DNA of 64,000 bases from Macrostomum lignano (GCA_002269645.1 NIVC01000753.1:310001-374000), one strand, 5' to 3'. Positions 50,101 to 63,520 are shown, counted from the first letter of the stretch. Translations and numbers: made by a program. Notes: generated by a model from the letters alone, not told the origin.

Positions 50101-53100
50101 ACAAAGGTCGAAAAGGCAGTCCAGGCATCGAGACTCGCATCGCCCTGACATCGAGCAACTACTCGCTGTTGGACATTCTAGTCAATAACATGAGCGGCCC
50201 AGCTGGGGACAAAGGCTTCAAGGGAGAGCTCGGACCTAAGGGAGAGCGAGGCGTGAAGGGTGACCAGGTCTGGCGGCTCACTAATATTGGGGGATGATCT
50301 TTTCAATCTGTCGTGATCATGCGGAATTTTTATTGATCATTGGGAAGTTTGATTGTTTCGGCTTTTAGTTTAGTCATTAGGGAGTTGAAAAAGAGGTATA
50401 ATTTTTTTCTGGTCGATATTAAAGGTTCAATTGTTCGGATTTACGAGTAAAAAGTAGTAAAGAGTGGCTTTAGGCTTGCAATAACATGGATTTGCTTACT
50501 TGAGTATCTTAAGTGCTGGGATTTAGTACTAAAGTTCTTGAATGACGATACTAGAACTTGAAATTATAGGGGTGATTTTCAACTATTACGCTCGTAATTT
50601 TAATTTGCAGGGCACTGTCGGAATTCAAGGTGGTACCGGAGGGAACGGCGACCCAGGTGTGAAAGGCCCGCCGGGCAAACCGGGACCTCGCGGCGATGTA
50701 GGGTCGCGTGGCGTCGCAGGCGAGCCGGGCAAGGACGGCAACACCGGACGGAAAGGAGGCCCAGGAGAGATCGGCATCAAAGGCGATACAGGAGACCCCG
50801 GAAAAAAAGGACAGAAAGGAATGCGGGTGAGTGGTCCTGAGGTGTGGGTTTTCTGGAATAGAGGTGGAGGGTTTGCTAGAATGGGGGTGGTGGGTTTGTT
50901 TGAATGGGGGCGGTGGGTTTGCTGGAATGGGGGTGGTGGGTTTGTTTGAATGGGGGCGGTGGGTTTGCTGGAATGGGGGTGGTGGGTTTGTTTGAATGGG
51001 GGCGGTGGGTTTGCTGGAATGGGGGTGGTGGGTTTGTTTGAATGGGGGCGGTGGGTTTGCTGGAATGGGGGTGGTGGGTTTGTTTGAATGGGGGCGGTGG
51101 GTTTGCTGGAATGGGGGTGGTGGGTTTGTTTGAATGGGGGCGGTGGGTTTGCTGGAATGGGGGTGGTGGGTTTGTTTGAATGGGGGCGGTGGGTTTGCTG
51201 GAATGGGGGTGGTGGGTTTGTTCGAATTGAGGTGGTGGGCTTGCTAGAATGGGGTGGAGGGTTTGCTAGAATGGGGGTGGTGGGTTTGCTGGAATGAGGT
51301 TGGTGGGTTTGCTTGCTAGGGGAGGGTGTTTGAGTGACTCGGGTGCCGGGTGTGCCTGCATGGGTCATTAGTGGTGGGTGTTTCAGAATAGGGTGATGGA
51401 TGTGCCGGAAGGGTTGGTTAGGCTGAAATTGTTAGTTAAAGGCATATTTGGTAGTAACAGCACACAGCCTTTAGCCTGTTCAATCGGTGGTATTCGGCCT
51501 CAAATTTTCTTCTTAAGGGTCCAACTGGAGACCCTGGTCCAACGACATCATCGAGGGGACCCCAAGGGCCGCCTGGTCCAACTGGTGATGCAGGACCTCA
51601 GGGAAGTAGGGGTAAGTCAGTTTGAAAAGACTATTTTCTATTAATTTACTTTACACTTTTCAGATTTGATCTTCGAGCTGCCAACTCTTATCTCTTATCT
51701 CTGACCTCCTCTCTTTATTCATTTTCTCTTGTCTCCTTGTGTTATCTCGTACCTACGCTAGTAATGTCGCATCCACTGTCTCATATATCTTATCAGGTCC
51801 ATAATCCCTCATCTCTCATCTCCGCAGGCTCTCCAGGCGAACTCGGTCCGGTCGGCAAGCGTGGCCGGAAGGGCGAGCCGGGCGCCACCGGAGCCAAGGG
51901 ATTCGGCCATTCGGATGGCAATCGAGGCTTGGCCGGCGAGACCGGACATCCGGGCGAGGAAGGCCCGAAAGGCGAAAAAGGTCCAACAGGGCCGCCAGGG
52001 CGAATCGGCTACGTCGGCGATATCGGAGAATTCGGTGACACGGGCAAAGGCGAGCGCGGCGACAAGGGCCCGCCGGGCGAGACTGGCTTCAAGGGCGGCA
52101 TCGGGGTGCCCGGACTGCCCGGGCCGACCGGCAACGACACAGTCGGGCCGAAGGGAGAGCGCGGACCGAAGGGCATCAAAGGCTTGGAGGGGCCACCCGG
52201 AAGCTCCGGTGAGACTGGTAAGAAAGGCGCCGTCGGGACCAAAGGCGGCTGCTACGAGGATTGCACGCCGCCGGCGCCGAGGAAGGGCCAGAAGGGCGAC
52301 CAGGGCGCCAAGGGCCGAGTCGGCGACCGCGGTAACGTCGGACCCAAGGGGGTCCCCGGCAACTTTGGCGACGTCGGCCTGCGAGGCGACGAAGGTGAAG
52401 CCGGAGATCGTGGACCGCAGGTGAGCAAGGGAGAACGAAAAGTTAGAACAGAATAAGGTAGGATTGGATTAGAAGAGATTAGATAATTAGATGAGAATAT
52501 AGAATAGAATAAGAATAGACGACAACTCGCTCTGTCATTGCGCATCCCCAGGGTTTCCCAGGCAATGAAGGCGCCAAAGGCTTCGAAGGTGACAAGGGCG
52601 AGCCGGGCGAAGTTCGGCCGCCGCAGGGCACCAGGGCACCAGAGAAAGGCGAACGGGGCAGCACCGGCGAGGCTGGACGAAAAGGCGAGAAGGGCAGCTT
52701 CGGCGAGGACGCCAGATTGGGGGCCAAGGGCTACACTGGCGACAAGGGCGAGAGGGTAAGTCGAAAAATTGTTGAGTTTGCTATGAGTCAATAAGGAAGT
52801 AAAACAATTGTAAATAAGTACCGAAGATTTGTCTTGAAATAAACCTTTTAAAATAAGAGTTGAAGGAGGCCAAAATGAAATAAAATGAATCCTGAAAGCC
52901 GTCACAAACAATTTTTAAAGTGATGTATACATTAAGTCCCAAAATTAGTTCCGAGAAGAAAGGTCCAAAGTGAGCAGTCGGAGTAGGTTCACAATGTTTC
53001 GAACAGTATTTCACTATTTCTCTCCGCCCCTTCCAGGGAGACAATGCGGCGCACGGACTGGACGGCAGGAACGCCACCAAAGGTCAGAAAGGCGAGAAGG

Positions 53101-56100
53101 GCCCCAAAGGCTTCGTCGGTGTTAAAGGCGAGAACGCCAGCTCCGTCGCCGGGGCCAAAGGCTTCAAAGGCGCCAAAGGAATCAAAGGAGAGACTGGCGA
53201 ATATCGTAAAGGCATCAAAGGCGTCAAAGGCGAATTGGGCTTCAAAGGCGAGCAAGGTGATAAAGGCGATTCCGCTGTCAACGGCGGCCTCGGCGAGAAG
53301 GGCATCGTAGGGCCGAACGGCAAGCGCGGCCGGAAAGGCCAGACCGGAGACCGCGGCGAAAATGGGACTCGCGGCGATCAGGGCGCTCGAGGCGACGTCG
53401 GAGAGAAGGGCGACCTCGGCTTCAAAGGCGTCAAAGGCCTCAAAGGCGACAACGGCACTGATGGCAGCATCGGGCAGAAAGGCCGTCGCGGTGACCAGGG
53501 TCCCAAAGGTGTCGAAGGCAGCGCGAGCAAAGGCGTCGTCGGCGAGAATGGCAGCATCGGCTACAAGGGCGAACGAGGTGATACGGGCCCGCGCGGCGAG
53601 ACGGGCGACGACGCGCCAAACGGCATCAAAGGTGCCACCGGCTATTTGGGTGATTTTGGCGAACAGGGTGCGAATGGCGAGAAGGGACGGACTGGGCAGA
53701 AAGGCGAGCGAGGCGACGAGAATCCAGCCGACCGGGGTGAGAAAGGAGAGAAAGGCGCAACCGGCTTAACTGGCGACAAAGGCGAGCCCGGACTGGATGG
53801 GCGCAACCGGACCAATCGGAACCAGGGCGTGACTGGCCGCAGAGGCCCGACGGGCCCCATCGGCCCCAAGGGCTACCAGGGCGTTCAGGGCGACCGGGGT
53901 CAGAAGGGCAACTTCGGAGAGGCCGGATATCGGGGTCCGATCGGTCCCAACGGAACCGCAGGCGAACGAGGCCCGCAAGGCGACAAAGGAGTTCAAGGCG
54001 AGAAAGGCTACGTCGGAGTCAAGGGGGACAAAGGTGAGAACGGTACGATCGGTATTAAAGGACCCGTCGGCTACACCGGCTTCAAAGGAGTTCAAGGTGA
54101 CACCGGGCCGAAGGGCAACGTCGGGCTGCCCGGCTGGCCCGGCAAGGAGTACAAGGGCACCAAGGGCAAGCTCGGCGATATTGGCAGCCGCGGCCCGCCT
54201 GGTCCCGACGGTCCAGTCGGAGCTAAAGGCGACAATGGCAGCGCCGGGCCGCGCGGCTACGCAGCATTCGGGCCGATGGGCGAGAAAGGCGACGTCGGTC
54301 CTCGCGGGCCGAAAGGACCGGCTGGGCCGCTGGGTCCCAAGGGAATCGTTGGCGATAATGGCACGGCTGGAATGGACGGCCGAGAAGGCAGGAAAGGCGA
54401 GCTGGGTGCTCAGGTGAGACCAAGCGGATCTAAAGTTGCTATACTTCAATAATCAGGCCTATTAGTCTTGTTTAAAAAGACGAATCAATGAGGAGTATAG
54501 TTTGTTCTGTAGTGAAAAAGACAGTGGTAGCATCATGGAGCGTTCTCGTTAGTTTATTTTAGTTTTTAATACGCGATAATAAAATAGGGGAGCCTTACAT
54601 GTACATAGACGAACGGGTGAGGAGATGAGAGAGACAAAAGACGGTGAAGAGTTTAATGAGTGGTGATCAGTCACTCAAAAACTCCCACTTCTAGACACTG
54701 GGGAACAAGTGCCTAGGTATTTACCAGTTCAAATAACTTACTGCAGCGGATCCTTTAGTGGCTTGTAGGCTTCTTGGTTTGGCTTAGGTGACTCAGTACC
54801 TCCGGGTGTCCTTGACTTTTATCTGTGGGTCGACCAAAAACGAGAGCGAATCAGAACTTCTTGACGGTCCTCGAGCTCGGAATTAACAGTAGAACGTGCG
54901 CCCTAATGAACAATTGAATTCTCTAATTTTCTGTGATAGGTCCTCCTGAAGGGCGTCTTCTTCGTTACGTCCGAAACGTAACGGATAACTCAATTCAATT
55001 CAATAAATCCTCTAGGAATGTATCCTAGGAAACAAGGAGGCCTTTCTCAAATGTGTCGACAATAAGTGGCTCTCGTAAACTCAATTAATCAACTTATTAG
55101 CGCTATTAACAATTAACTAAATCGGGTAAACGCTTACCAATTGGGCAGGTGTGGTCCCTCAGAGATTGGTCTTCTTATCTCTTCGGAGTCTTCTTAGAGA
55201 CCGCTCTGAGTCTGAATTTTTGACTCGAATTTTCACTTATATTTGTAGCAAAATTTTGGAAAAAAACCGGTTTGGGATTGGGTATTTACTTAGGTCATAA
55301 ATGTTTGTTTAAGCGGTCATGCATGTTTGAGCATTACCATATATGGGGTTAAGCAAATACAGCTGTTGGAATCCGGTTCCTTGATCAAACAATGTAGGGT
55401 TCTAAATCATTCTGTTTGCGCGTGATTCCTAAAATAGATATGACTCATTTTGAAAGAAATTTACTTCCTTAGAATATTACTTTAAGTAGAGCATTACGGT
55501 ATAGTTTAATAACTCTCTACAACGGGAGAGAGAGAGCGTACATTGAAAAAAGCTGGGGAGGGGTGGGGCATGCTTTGTACATAGGCCGAATGTGTGAGTG
55601 TAAGAGATGAGAAATAACAGGCGGGGTGGAGCGAAAAGCGGCAAGCGTACATTGCAAGAAAGCCATGGAAGGGATGGGGCCTACATGTACATAGGGGAAG
55701 AGGAGAATAAGAAAAAGAGATAGCTAAGCGTTCATCAAAAGAAAACAGGAGCAGGAGAGAAGGCGTTGGTTGACATGAACAGAGAATGAATGGAGTTTAA
55801 AAGGATATAATCTTCAATTCTTATATATTATATAATTAATTTAAAAAATGCACAGGGTGACCGCGGTAACCAAGGCTACAAAGGTTTCCTAGGCGACAAG
55901 GGACCGAATGGCCAACCGGGCGACAAGGGACCCAGAGGACTCAAGGGCCCGTTGGGCGAGAAAGGCGCCAAAGGCATGCGCGGCGGGGCTGGCGGACGCA
56001 GCGAGGACCTCGGAGACATCGGTCCTCAGGGTCCGACGGGTGACACGGGCGCCAGGGGGCCGGTAGGCGACCGCGGCCCTGTCGGTGAGCCAGGAGTCAA

Positions 56101-58649
56101 CGGCAGCGACGGCAACGTCGGTCGGAAAGGCACGTTTGGCAGCCAAGGCGCTAAAGGTTTGAAAGGCCAGATTGGCGAGGCTAGCGAGCGCGGTCAGAAA
56201 GGCGTTAGCGGCGACAATGGATCGACAGGGTCAGTGGGCGACAAAGGCTTCACTGGAGACAGCGGAGACATCGGGGACAAGGGCGACCGCGGCCAGCTCG
56301 GTGACGTGAACACTGTGTACGTAAAAGGCGCCACCGGCAGCAAGGGCTCGGTCGGTGACAAGGGCGATTTGGGCGACCGGGGCCAGAAGGGTCGCGATGG
56401 CGACGTCGGGCTCAAAGGCGAAACTGGAACCGACGGGCAGAAAGGAGATAAAGGCGAGCTGGGCGACACTGGACCTAAAGGTGTCAAAGGCAAGGCCGGT
56501 GAAGATGCTTTGAAGGGTCAGGACGCTATCAAGGGCCGGCAAGGCGACAAGGGCCAGGCTGGAGAAAAGGGCAACGTAGGCCTGGAAGGCGACAAAGGCA
56601 TCACAGGCGTTGAAGGCTCGTCTGGGCCGCTGGGCAAGCAGGGTCGCAAGGGCGCGGTCGGTCCGGACGGTCGAGTTGGCGCGAAAGGCGAGCTGGGCGA
56701 ACGCGGAGCCAAAGGCGTCGCTGGGTTCAAAGGCGACAAGGGCAGATTGGGCTCACGCGGCCAGAGTGGCCAAGTCGGCGACCGGGGCAGCGACGGTGAC
56801 AAAGGTGAACGGGGCGACTCCGTGACCGGCAGCATCGGCCAGGTTGGCGAGGTTGGCGAGAAAGGCACCCCGGGAGCGCCGGGTCGAGAGGGTCGCGACG
56901 GCCTCGCCGGCGGGAGGGGTCCGCGAGGACCACCGGGGCCAAAAGGCGACCTGGGCGAGGCGGGGCCCATTGGCGACAAGGGCCCGCCGGGGCCGAAAGG
57001 CCAGCAGGGTGATCACGGCGACGGCGGCGACAACGGTTCCAAAGGCGAGCCGGGCAGCGACGGTGACCGCGGTCCGGAGGGTCGCAACCTGCGGGGCGAC
57101 ATGTTCGCGTTGCACAGTCAGCGGACCGACGTTCCCGGTTGTCCCAGCGGCACGCAGCGCCTTTGGGCCGGCTACTCGTTCATGTCGGTGTTCTCGAACT
57201 CGTACACCAAAGTCTACGACCTCGGCAGTCCCGGCTCCTGCCTTCGACGCTTCAACGTAATGCCATTCAGCCTGTGCGAGAACTCCAAGAACTGCCACAA
57301 CGCCCAGAGGAACAGCCTGTCCTACTGGCTGAGCACGGACGTCTCCGTTACCATGGAGATGGCAATGGACTTGGACACCTACAGGAACATGTCCCAGTAC
57401 ATCAGCCGTTGCGCCGTGTGCTATTCGCCCAGCAAGGTTAGTAGCAACTATTGTTTACTTTATTAGCATCTACGCACTGAGGCGATGTACATTGAGAAAA
57501 TATACGCTGTATTTAAATCAGCTTTAAGAAACCGAAAAAAGATCCATTCGTTACCACCACTCTCCATCTATTTGCAGGTGTACGCATTTCACAACTACAC
57601 CAATACTAGGCCGAATTGTCCCTCGGGATGGAGATCGCTCTGGGATGGTCACAGCCTCTTAACAGTGAGTATCTATTGGCATCAAACTGTCAATGACTAT
57701 ACTTATGCTTAATAAGCACACTCAGCCACCCACAAGCACACTCAGCCACCCACAAGCACACTCAGACATCCACAAGCACACTACTCAGCCATCCACAAGC
57801 ACACTCAGACATCCACAAGCACCATCAGACATCCACAAGCACCATCAGACATCCACAAGCACCATCAGACATCCACAAGCACCATCAGACATCCACAAGC
57901 ACACTCAGACATCCACAAGCACCATCAGACATCCACAAGCACACTCAGACATCCACAAGCACACTCAGACATCCACAAGCACCATCAGACATCCACAAGC
58001 ACCATCAGACATCCACAAGCACCATCAGACATCCACAAGCACCATCAGACATCCACAAGCACCATCAGACATCCACAAGCACCATCAGACATCCACAAGC
58101 ACACTCAGACATCCACAAGCACCATCAGACATCCACAAGCACACTCAGACATCCACAAGCACACTCAGACATCCACAAGCACCATCAGACATCCACAAGC
58201 ACCATCAGACATCCACAAGCACCATCAGACATCCACAAGCACCATCAGACATCCACAAGCACCATCAGACATCCACAAGCACCATCAGACATCCACAAGC
58301 ACCATCAGACATCCACAAGCACCATCAGACATCCACAAGCAGCAACCCGTCGCCCCCACCGCAGTTCGGCCGCCAAACCCCTGGAGATTCGGTGCAGCCC
58401 CTGTCCTCGCCAGGCAGCTGCCTAAGGTTCAAGAAGAACATGTTCATCGAATGCCGAGGCGAGGGCAGCTGCGGCTACTTCAAAGACTTTCACACCCTGT
58501 GGCTGCGCGCCACGGAGACAGAGGAACCCGTGCTGAAATCAGAGACCTTCACCTACGCGAGCGGCACTGGCCACATAGCCAGGTGCGTCGTCTGCACCAG
58601 GAACATTATCGAATGGGCCAAGTACATTAACGGTACCCTGACAGTTTGA
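47142..58649 (+). CDS. COL4A: Type IV collagen chain (alpha1-like by 7S CxCxGxKG, tentative), about 1769 aa, 15 exons
   Basis: Exons: 47142-47243, 47663-47710, 48280-48450, 48530-48682, 49619-49759, 49909-49986, 50088-50267, 50611-50826, 51518-51611, 51828-52420, 52552-52755, 53037-54413, 55856-57436, 57578-57664, 58365-58649. All GT-AG, consistent phases, total 5310 nt. Signal peptide ending [19 protein letters not shown], Gly-X-Y helix, NC1 with [33 protein letters not shown]. Confidence 0.96.
47790..48230. repeat. 43 bp minisatellite CGCTCCACACTTAGATAGCCAACTCTACAAACCCTTCCCCCAT
   Basis: About 10 units in intron 2 of the plus-strand collagen. Confidence 0.95.
48740..49570. repeat. 42 bp minisatellite CGCTCCGCACCCAGATAGCCAGCAGAGCAAACCCTTCCCCAT
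   Basis: About 20 units in intron 4; related to the 47790 array. Confidence 0.95.
50830..51310. repeat. 23 bp minisatellite with alternating variants (46-bp dimer), core GGGTTTG(T/C)T(T/G)GAATGGGG
   Basis: Tandem array in intron 8. Confidence 0.93.
57715..58340. repeat. 20 bp minisatellite CATCCACAAGCACCATCAGA
   Basis: About 30 units in the last intron of the plus-strand collagen. Confidence 0.97.
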
Positions 58650-59789
58650 AACACGCTACCTTGCTGCTGGCTATGTTGGATAAATTTCGGTACAAATCTG
58701 TGACATTATAGTGTTCGAATAATCGAATAATATATTTCTATTGCTAGTTGCTATTTATTTATTACCCGAATGTTGAAATTATTCTGCTCCGCGTTGCCGT
58801 TGCCGTTTCCTTAAAAAATTATGCTGAAGCACTAGAATTTCTATCTATGCTCCCCCCCTAACTGACGCTGTCACGCGGCACAAAAGTCATACAATGTCAT
58901 TAATGCCCTGGCAACCTGATCACCAGCCGGTTGATAAACTCTTGGGGCAGCTGAGACCAGGCAAAACTTTTGGGCCGTTTGGCATCGCGAGTGGGGTGCG
59001 TGGGGTGAAAATGTTGCTAAGTATATAATATATTAAAATCATACAAATATACACTCACATAGTAAGAAATAAAGCTTAACTTTCATATTTAATGCTTTTC
59101 ATGATGTCAAATACGCTTCCCGTACGATTCTGTGCGCTCCAAATGAATGTTTTGGCTCACGTGCAGTACATGATGGCCAGCGGAGAGAGTACTGTACACG
59201 TTTAGAATTTTTAGAAACAATAAATTTGCTTGCTTTCTGCAATTATTTGCTTCCAAAATCAGCGGCAATAAATTGGTGACAGAAGCTGTCCCTGTCCACT
59301 ACTGCAGCTAACGAAGAGGTCAACTGAGGACAAATCCGCGGAGAGAGAGGATCCAAGAAAACTAGAATGATAAAAGACAGGGCATAAAACTGCCATATGC
59401 GGTGAACTTCCTGGTTCGGTGAACTTTACTGACCGTGACCTGCAGGTGTTAAGCGTTTATGCCAGAAATTTTTATTGAAGGATGCGCGCGCTGGACCGCC
59501 TGCCTCTTGCTGCCGATCGGACCGTTCTTCATCCACGACGGCACCGAACGAGCTGCCTTCAATCAAAACCAACTTTAATGATGCAGGAAGTTTCTGGATG
59601 CTGGCAGAGTGAAGGGAACGCAACATTCTTGAATTGCCCGTATTCGCGTTGAATTTTGCTGCTATAACGAGAGTATAACAGTAGCCAAAGTAGAAAACTA
59701 TTATATATACGATAGATATGCAGGGATGAACGAAGGTCATGGATTGCTATTATTGAGGAAAGCCATACGCGTCAAATTATAGGTACATG

Positions 59790-60650
59790 CTGTTCCAGGA
59801 GATGCCTGGAGTCCAGCATTCCATGGAGCAAGCAGCTTCCATTCCAGATGCCTGGAGTCCAGCATTCCATGGAGCAAGCAGCTTCCATTCCAGATGCCTG
59901 GAGTCCAGCATTCCATGGAGCAAGCAGCTTCATTCCAGACGCCTGGAGTCCAGCATTCCATGGAGTAAGCAGCTTCCATTCCAGATACCTGGAGTCCAGC
60001 ATTCCATGGAGTAAGCAGCTTCCATTCCAGATGCCTGGAGTCCAGCATTCCATGGAGCAAGCAGCTTCCATTCCAGATGCCTGGAGTCCAGCATTCCATG
60101 GAGCAAGCAGCTTCCATTCCAGATGCCTGGAGTCCAGCATTCCATGGAGCAAGCAGCTTCCATTCCAGATGCCTGGAGTCCAGCATTCCATGGAGTAAGC
60201 AGCTTCCATTCCAGATGCCTGGAGTCCAGCATTCCATGGAGTAAGCAGCTTCCATTCCAGATGCCTGGAGTCCAGCATTCCATGGAGCAAGCAGCTTCCA
60301 TTCCAGATGCCTGGAGTCCAGCATTCCATGGAGTAAGCAGCTTCCATTCCAGATGCCTGGAGTCCAGCATTCCATGGAGCAAGCAGCTTCCATTCCAGAT
60401 GCCTGGAGTCCAGCATTCCATGGAGCAAGCAGCTTCCATTCCAGATGCCTGGAGTCCAGCATTCCATGGAGCAAGCAGCTTCCATTCCAGATGCCTGGAG
60501 TCCAGCATTCCATGGAGCAAGCAGCTTCCATTCCAGATGCCTGGAGTCCAGCATTCCATGGAGCAAGCAGCTTCCATTCCAGATGCCTGGAGTCCAGCAT
60601 TCCATGGAGCAAGCAGCTTCCATTCCAGATGCCTGGAGTCCAGCATTCCT
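59790..60650. repeat. 46 bp minisatellite CAGATGCCTGGAGTCCAGCATTCCATGGAGCAAGCAGCTTCCATTC
   Basis: About 18 near-perfect units. Confidence 0.97.
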
Positions 60651-61310
60651 GCATGGAGTAAAGAAAAAACAAGTTTTTATTTCAGATGCTTGTTATTTCA
60701 TGGATTATTGATGTCAATTCCTCTGATGCTACTAGATTTTCGAATCCCATGAAGGATGGTAGTTTCATTCCATAACTCCTTGACGTCAGGGTGCAGCATG
60801 AGTCAGCCATTGAAAATATTTTTCGAATGACATTTTTGCTGCCTTATTTGTCAGCTGAATGGGGTGGGTGGCGCACTGAGTGCTGGTACGGACGCACCGG
60901 ACCAGACGGTGTTCAGAATTCATTTCGCTGGGTGCTTTCAGTGTTCAATTTGTTCCTACAGCCTACTGCACAGATCAAACTCTCTCTCTCTCACGGGTGC
61001 TTGGGCACTCAGTACCTCCTGCCCACTGATGCGTCTGATGCAATAATTGGGCATTCAGACAGACCTAAATCTCCATGCCCACTCGCTTGTCTCACCCTCC
61101 ACTGCCACCTTATCACACTCCTCTCAGCTCTCCCTCTCTCTCTCTCTCACTCTCCTCTCATTCTCTTCTTTCCATCCTAAACTTTCTGTTTTTCTCGCGC
61201 TTTTACGCTTCTTCATTCCTCAGTACGAGCGTATTGTCCCTCTTTCACTTTCACTGTCCAAGTCCACCTGCTCCCGTTCCCCTCCACGCCACTTTCCCTG
61301 TCCCCGAAAG

Positions 61311-63520
61311 TTCTGCCGAATTCTGCCGAAATCCACAAGCCTGTCGAATCGTGCCCGCTCGGCGACATTCCACCGGGCCGGCCCATCGTGTCTGATGTGG
61401 ACAGCGAGTCCTACGCCAGCGGCCGCTTCATCGACAGTTTCCGGCAGCCCATCGTCATCAGGCTGCCCAGCTTCATCAGGGACACCGACCACTTCCAGGC
61501 CGCCATCCGCGGGATCACCTGTCCGACGTCTGAGGAAACCTTCCTGTTCACCATGGACGTTGCCAGCCTGTACACCAACATTCCGACGGAAGCCGGCCTC
61601 GAGTGCGTGCGGAGAGCATTCAGGGAGCACCCGGACAGTCAGCGCCCGGATGCCAGCCTCCTCAGTCTGCTCAAGCCGAATCTGGAGCGCAACGACTTCG
61701 GATTTAATGGCAGCTACTTCCTGCAGGTCAAAGGCACGGCCATGGGAAAGTCGTTTGCGCCCAGCTACAGCAACATCTACATGGGCTACTGGGAGCAGCA
61801 CGGCCTGGCGGTCAGCCCGCAGAAACCCGCCCTGTGGCTCCGTTACATTGATGATATCTTCGGCGTGTGGCGCGGGACGGAAGACGAACTGATCCGCTTC
61901 CACGGACTCCTTGATGACCTTGACCCGAATATTAGGCTGCAACTCAACTACAGCAGCACGGAGGTGGCCTTTTTGGACACCACCGTCTTCTGGGTCCGCG
62001 AGGGCGACGTTAAGCGCCTGGCAACCAAGGTGTATTTCAAGCTGACCGACAGCCGAACGCTCATTCACCGTGACTCTTTCCACCCGAAGTGGACGTTCCG
62101 GGGCGTAGTGAAGTCCCAGCTCCTCAGATACGCCCGACGGTGCTCCCGGATGGCCGATTTCGACGCAGCGTGCACTGGGCTGTTTTCAAGTCTGGTGCAG
62201 CACCAGGGCTACAATCGGCGGTTCCTGCGCACGATTAAGTACGAGATGCTGACGGAGCTGGGCTTCTACCCGACGAGACGGTGGGAATTCGGCTCGGAAT
62301 GCAACCCGACCCGGCTGTGCAGGTGCTGCCGGACACACACCAGGTTCACCTCCGTCTGCCCCGGATCAGCAGCCACGACAGTCCAGCTCATCATCAGTCA
62401 GTGGATCGACTGCAACGCCACCAACGCCGTCTACGCCGTGTTCTGCCGCCGGTGCGACCACACTGTCTACATCGGTGAGACTGCGAACAGCATCCGCGGC
62501 CGCATGCTGGCGCACATCGGCGACATCCGGCACGCCCGTTACACTCCGGTGGCCCGCCACTTCACCAGTGATGGTCACAGTCTGGCGGACTTCGGCTTCA
62601 CCGGCATCTGGTCACGTGACGGCACGGGACCCAGAGCGAACGAGCGGCGTCAGCGCTACGACGCCAAGCTCATCGAGGTGTTAAAGACTCGAGCCCCGCA
62701 CGGCGTCAACGAGCTTGCCGGCACGCTGCATAACCCGGCCATCCCGCTGATCCTGCCCCATTGTGCGAGGTCGGACGCCCTCGTGGCCGCGGTGAAGGAT
62801 CGCGTGGCCCGGCACTGCGAGGCCCTGGTGCTGCCCTCCTACACCAAAGGGCGGAACCTCCGGCAGCTGCTCTGTCCCAGTCGACTGGAGTCCACCACTG
62901 ATTGAATTTTTATTTTATTTTTTTATTTTCATTGCTACTTAGCTTTGTCAAGACCGTGCTGGTACCTACCTAGCCTCTTATTGCTCATTTCTTAGGCTTG
63001 GGGGATTTTTTATTCTCATCGCTAGTCCAAGTTCAGCTTTTGTATATTCTCAGCATTTATTCTCCATCTAGATTTCTATTGTTTTTTGACATCCTGTACA
63101 TTTTTATTACACTTTTCTCTTTTACTATTTTGCTTATCGTACAATTGCTTATTTTTTCAGTTTTTGAGGGCCTTCTCATTATTTATTTATTGAGGTAATT
63201 TTCTAAAGAGCTTAGCGTCACTCTTTCCTTTTTAGACACCGGTGCAGTTGCACCGCTCCTATATTTATTTCGCGTGTAGGGTCGCTGCAGCCCACGTGCG
63301 GTTCACTTTATTTGTGCACTGATTCAGTGATTTTGCATTTTTAAGTCTAATAGTGTTTTATCGACTCACACCAAGTGTACATACCGTACGCTCTCTCTAT
63401 CCACCTGTCTACTCTCTCTCCCCTCTCACCCCGCCTATTTAATAACTTTTACAACGCCACTTGTCGCTACTTTTCACTTGCCCTAACGAAGAAATATAAC
63501 AATTTCGAAATATCGGCAAC
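61311..63520 (+). mobile_element. Penelope-like retroelement (RT + GIY-YIG), 5'-truncated; ORF remnant 61324-62905
   Basis: LPK/IHK...PGRPIVS, FTMDVASLYTNIP, GTAMGKSFAPSYSNIYM, RYIDDIFGVW, FLD, SFHPKWTFRGVVKSQL, Cys knuckle CNPTRLCRCC, VYAVFCRRC...VYIGET...R...H...HF; AT-rich 3' UTR with a hammerhead-like motif. Confidence 0.95.
63478..63519 (+). ncRNA. Minimal type I hammerhead ribozyme-like motif (core variant CUAACGA)
   Basis: TTGCC|CTAACGA|A|GAAAT-ATAACA-ATTTC|GAAA|TA|TC|GGCAA: 5-bp stem I, 5-bp stem II, palindromic mini stem III (ATAT), putative cleavage after C63514; G5 is replaced by A. Confidence 0.7.

Noticed and set aside
54941-54985. Second hammerhead-like motif (CTGAA-GGGCGT...ACGTCC-GAAA-CG-TA)
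   Set aside because: Core lacks G8/A9, stem I has only 3 pairs, and a competing perfect hairpin CGTTACGT/ACGTAACG explains the symmetry; at most a decayed relic
59295-59345. CTAACGAAG motif like the Penelope hammerhead core
   Set aside because: No GAAA and no stem I pairing
59400-60990. Possible minus-strand gene around the 46-bp array (e.g. KIQREYGQFKNVAFPSLCQHPETSCIIKVGFD*)
   Set aside because: No consistent exon chain or recognisable domain could be built
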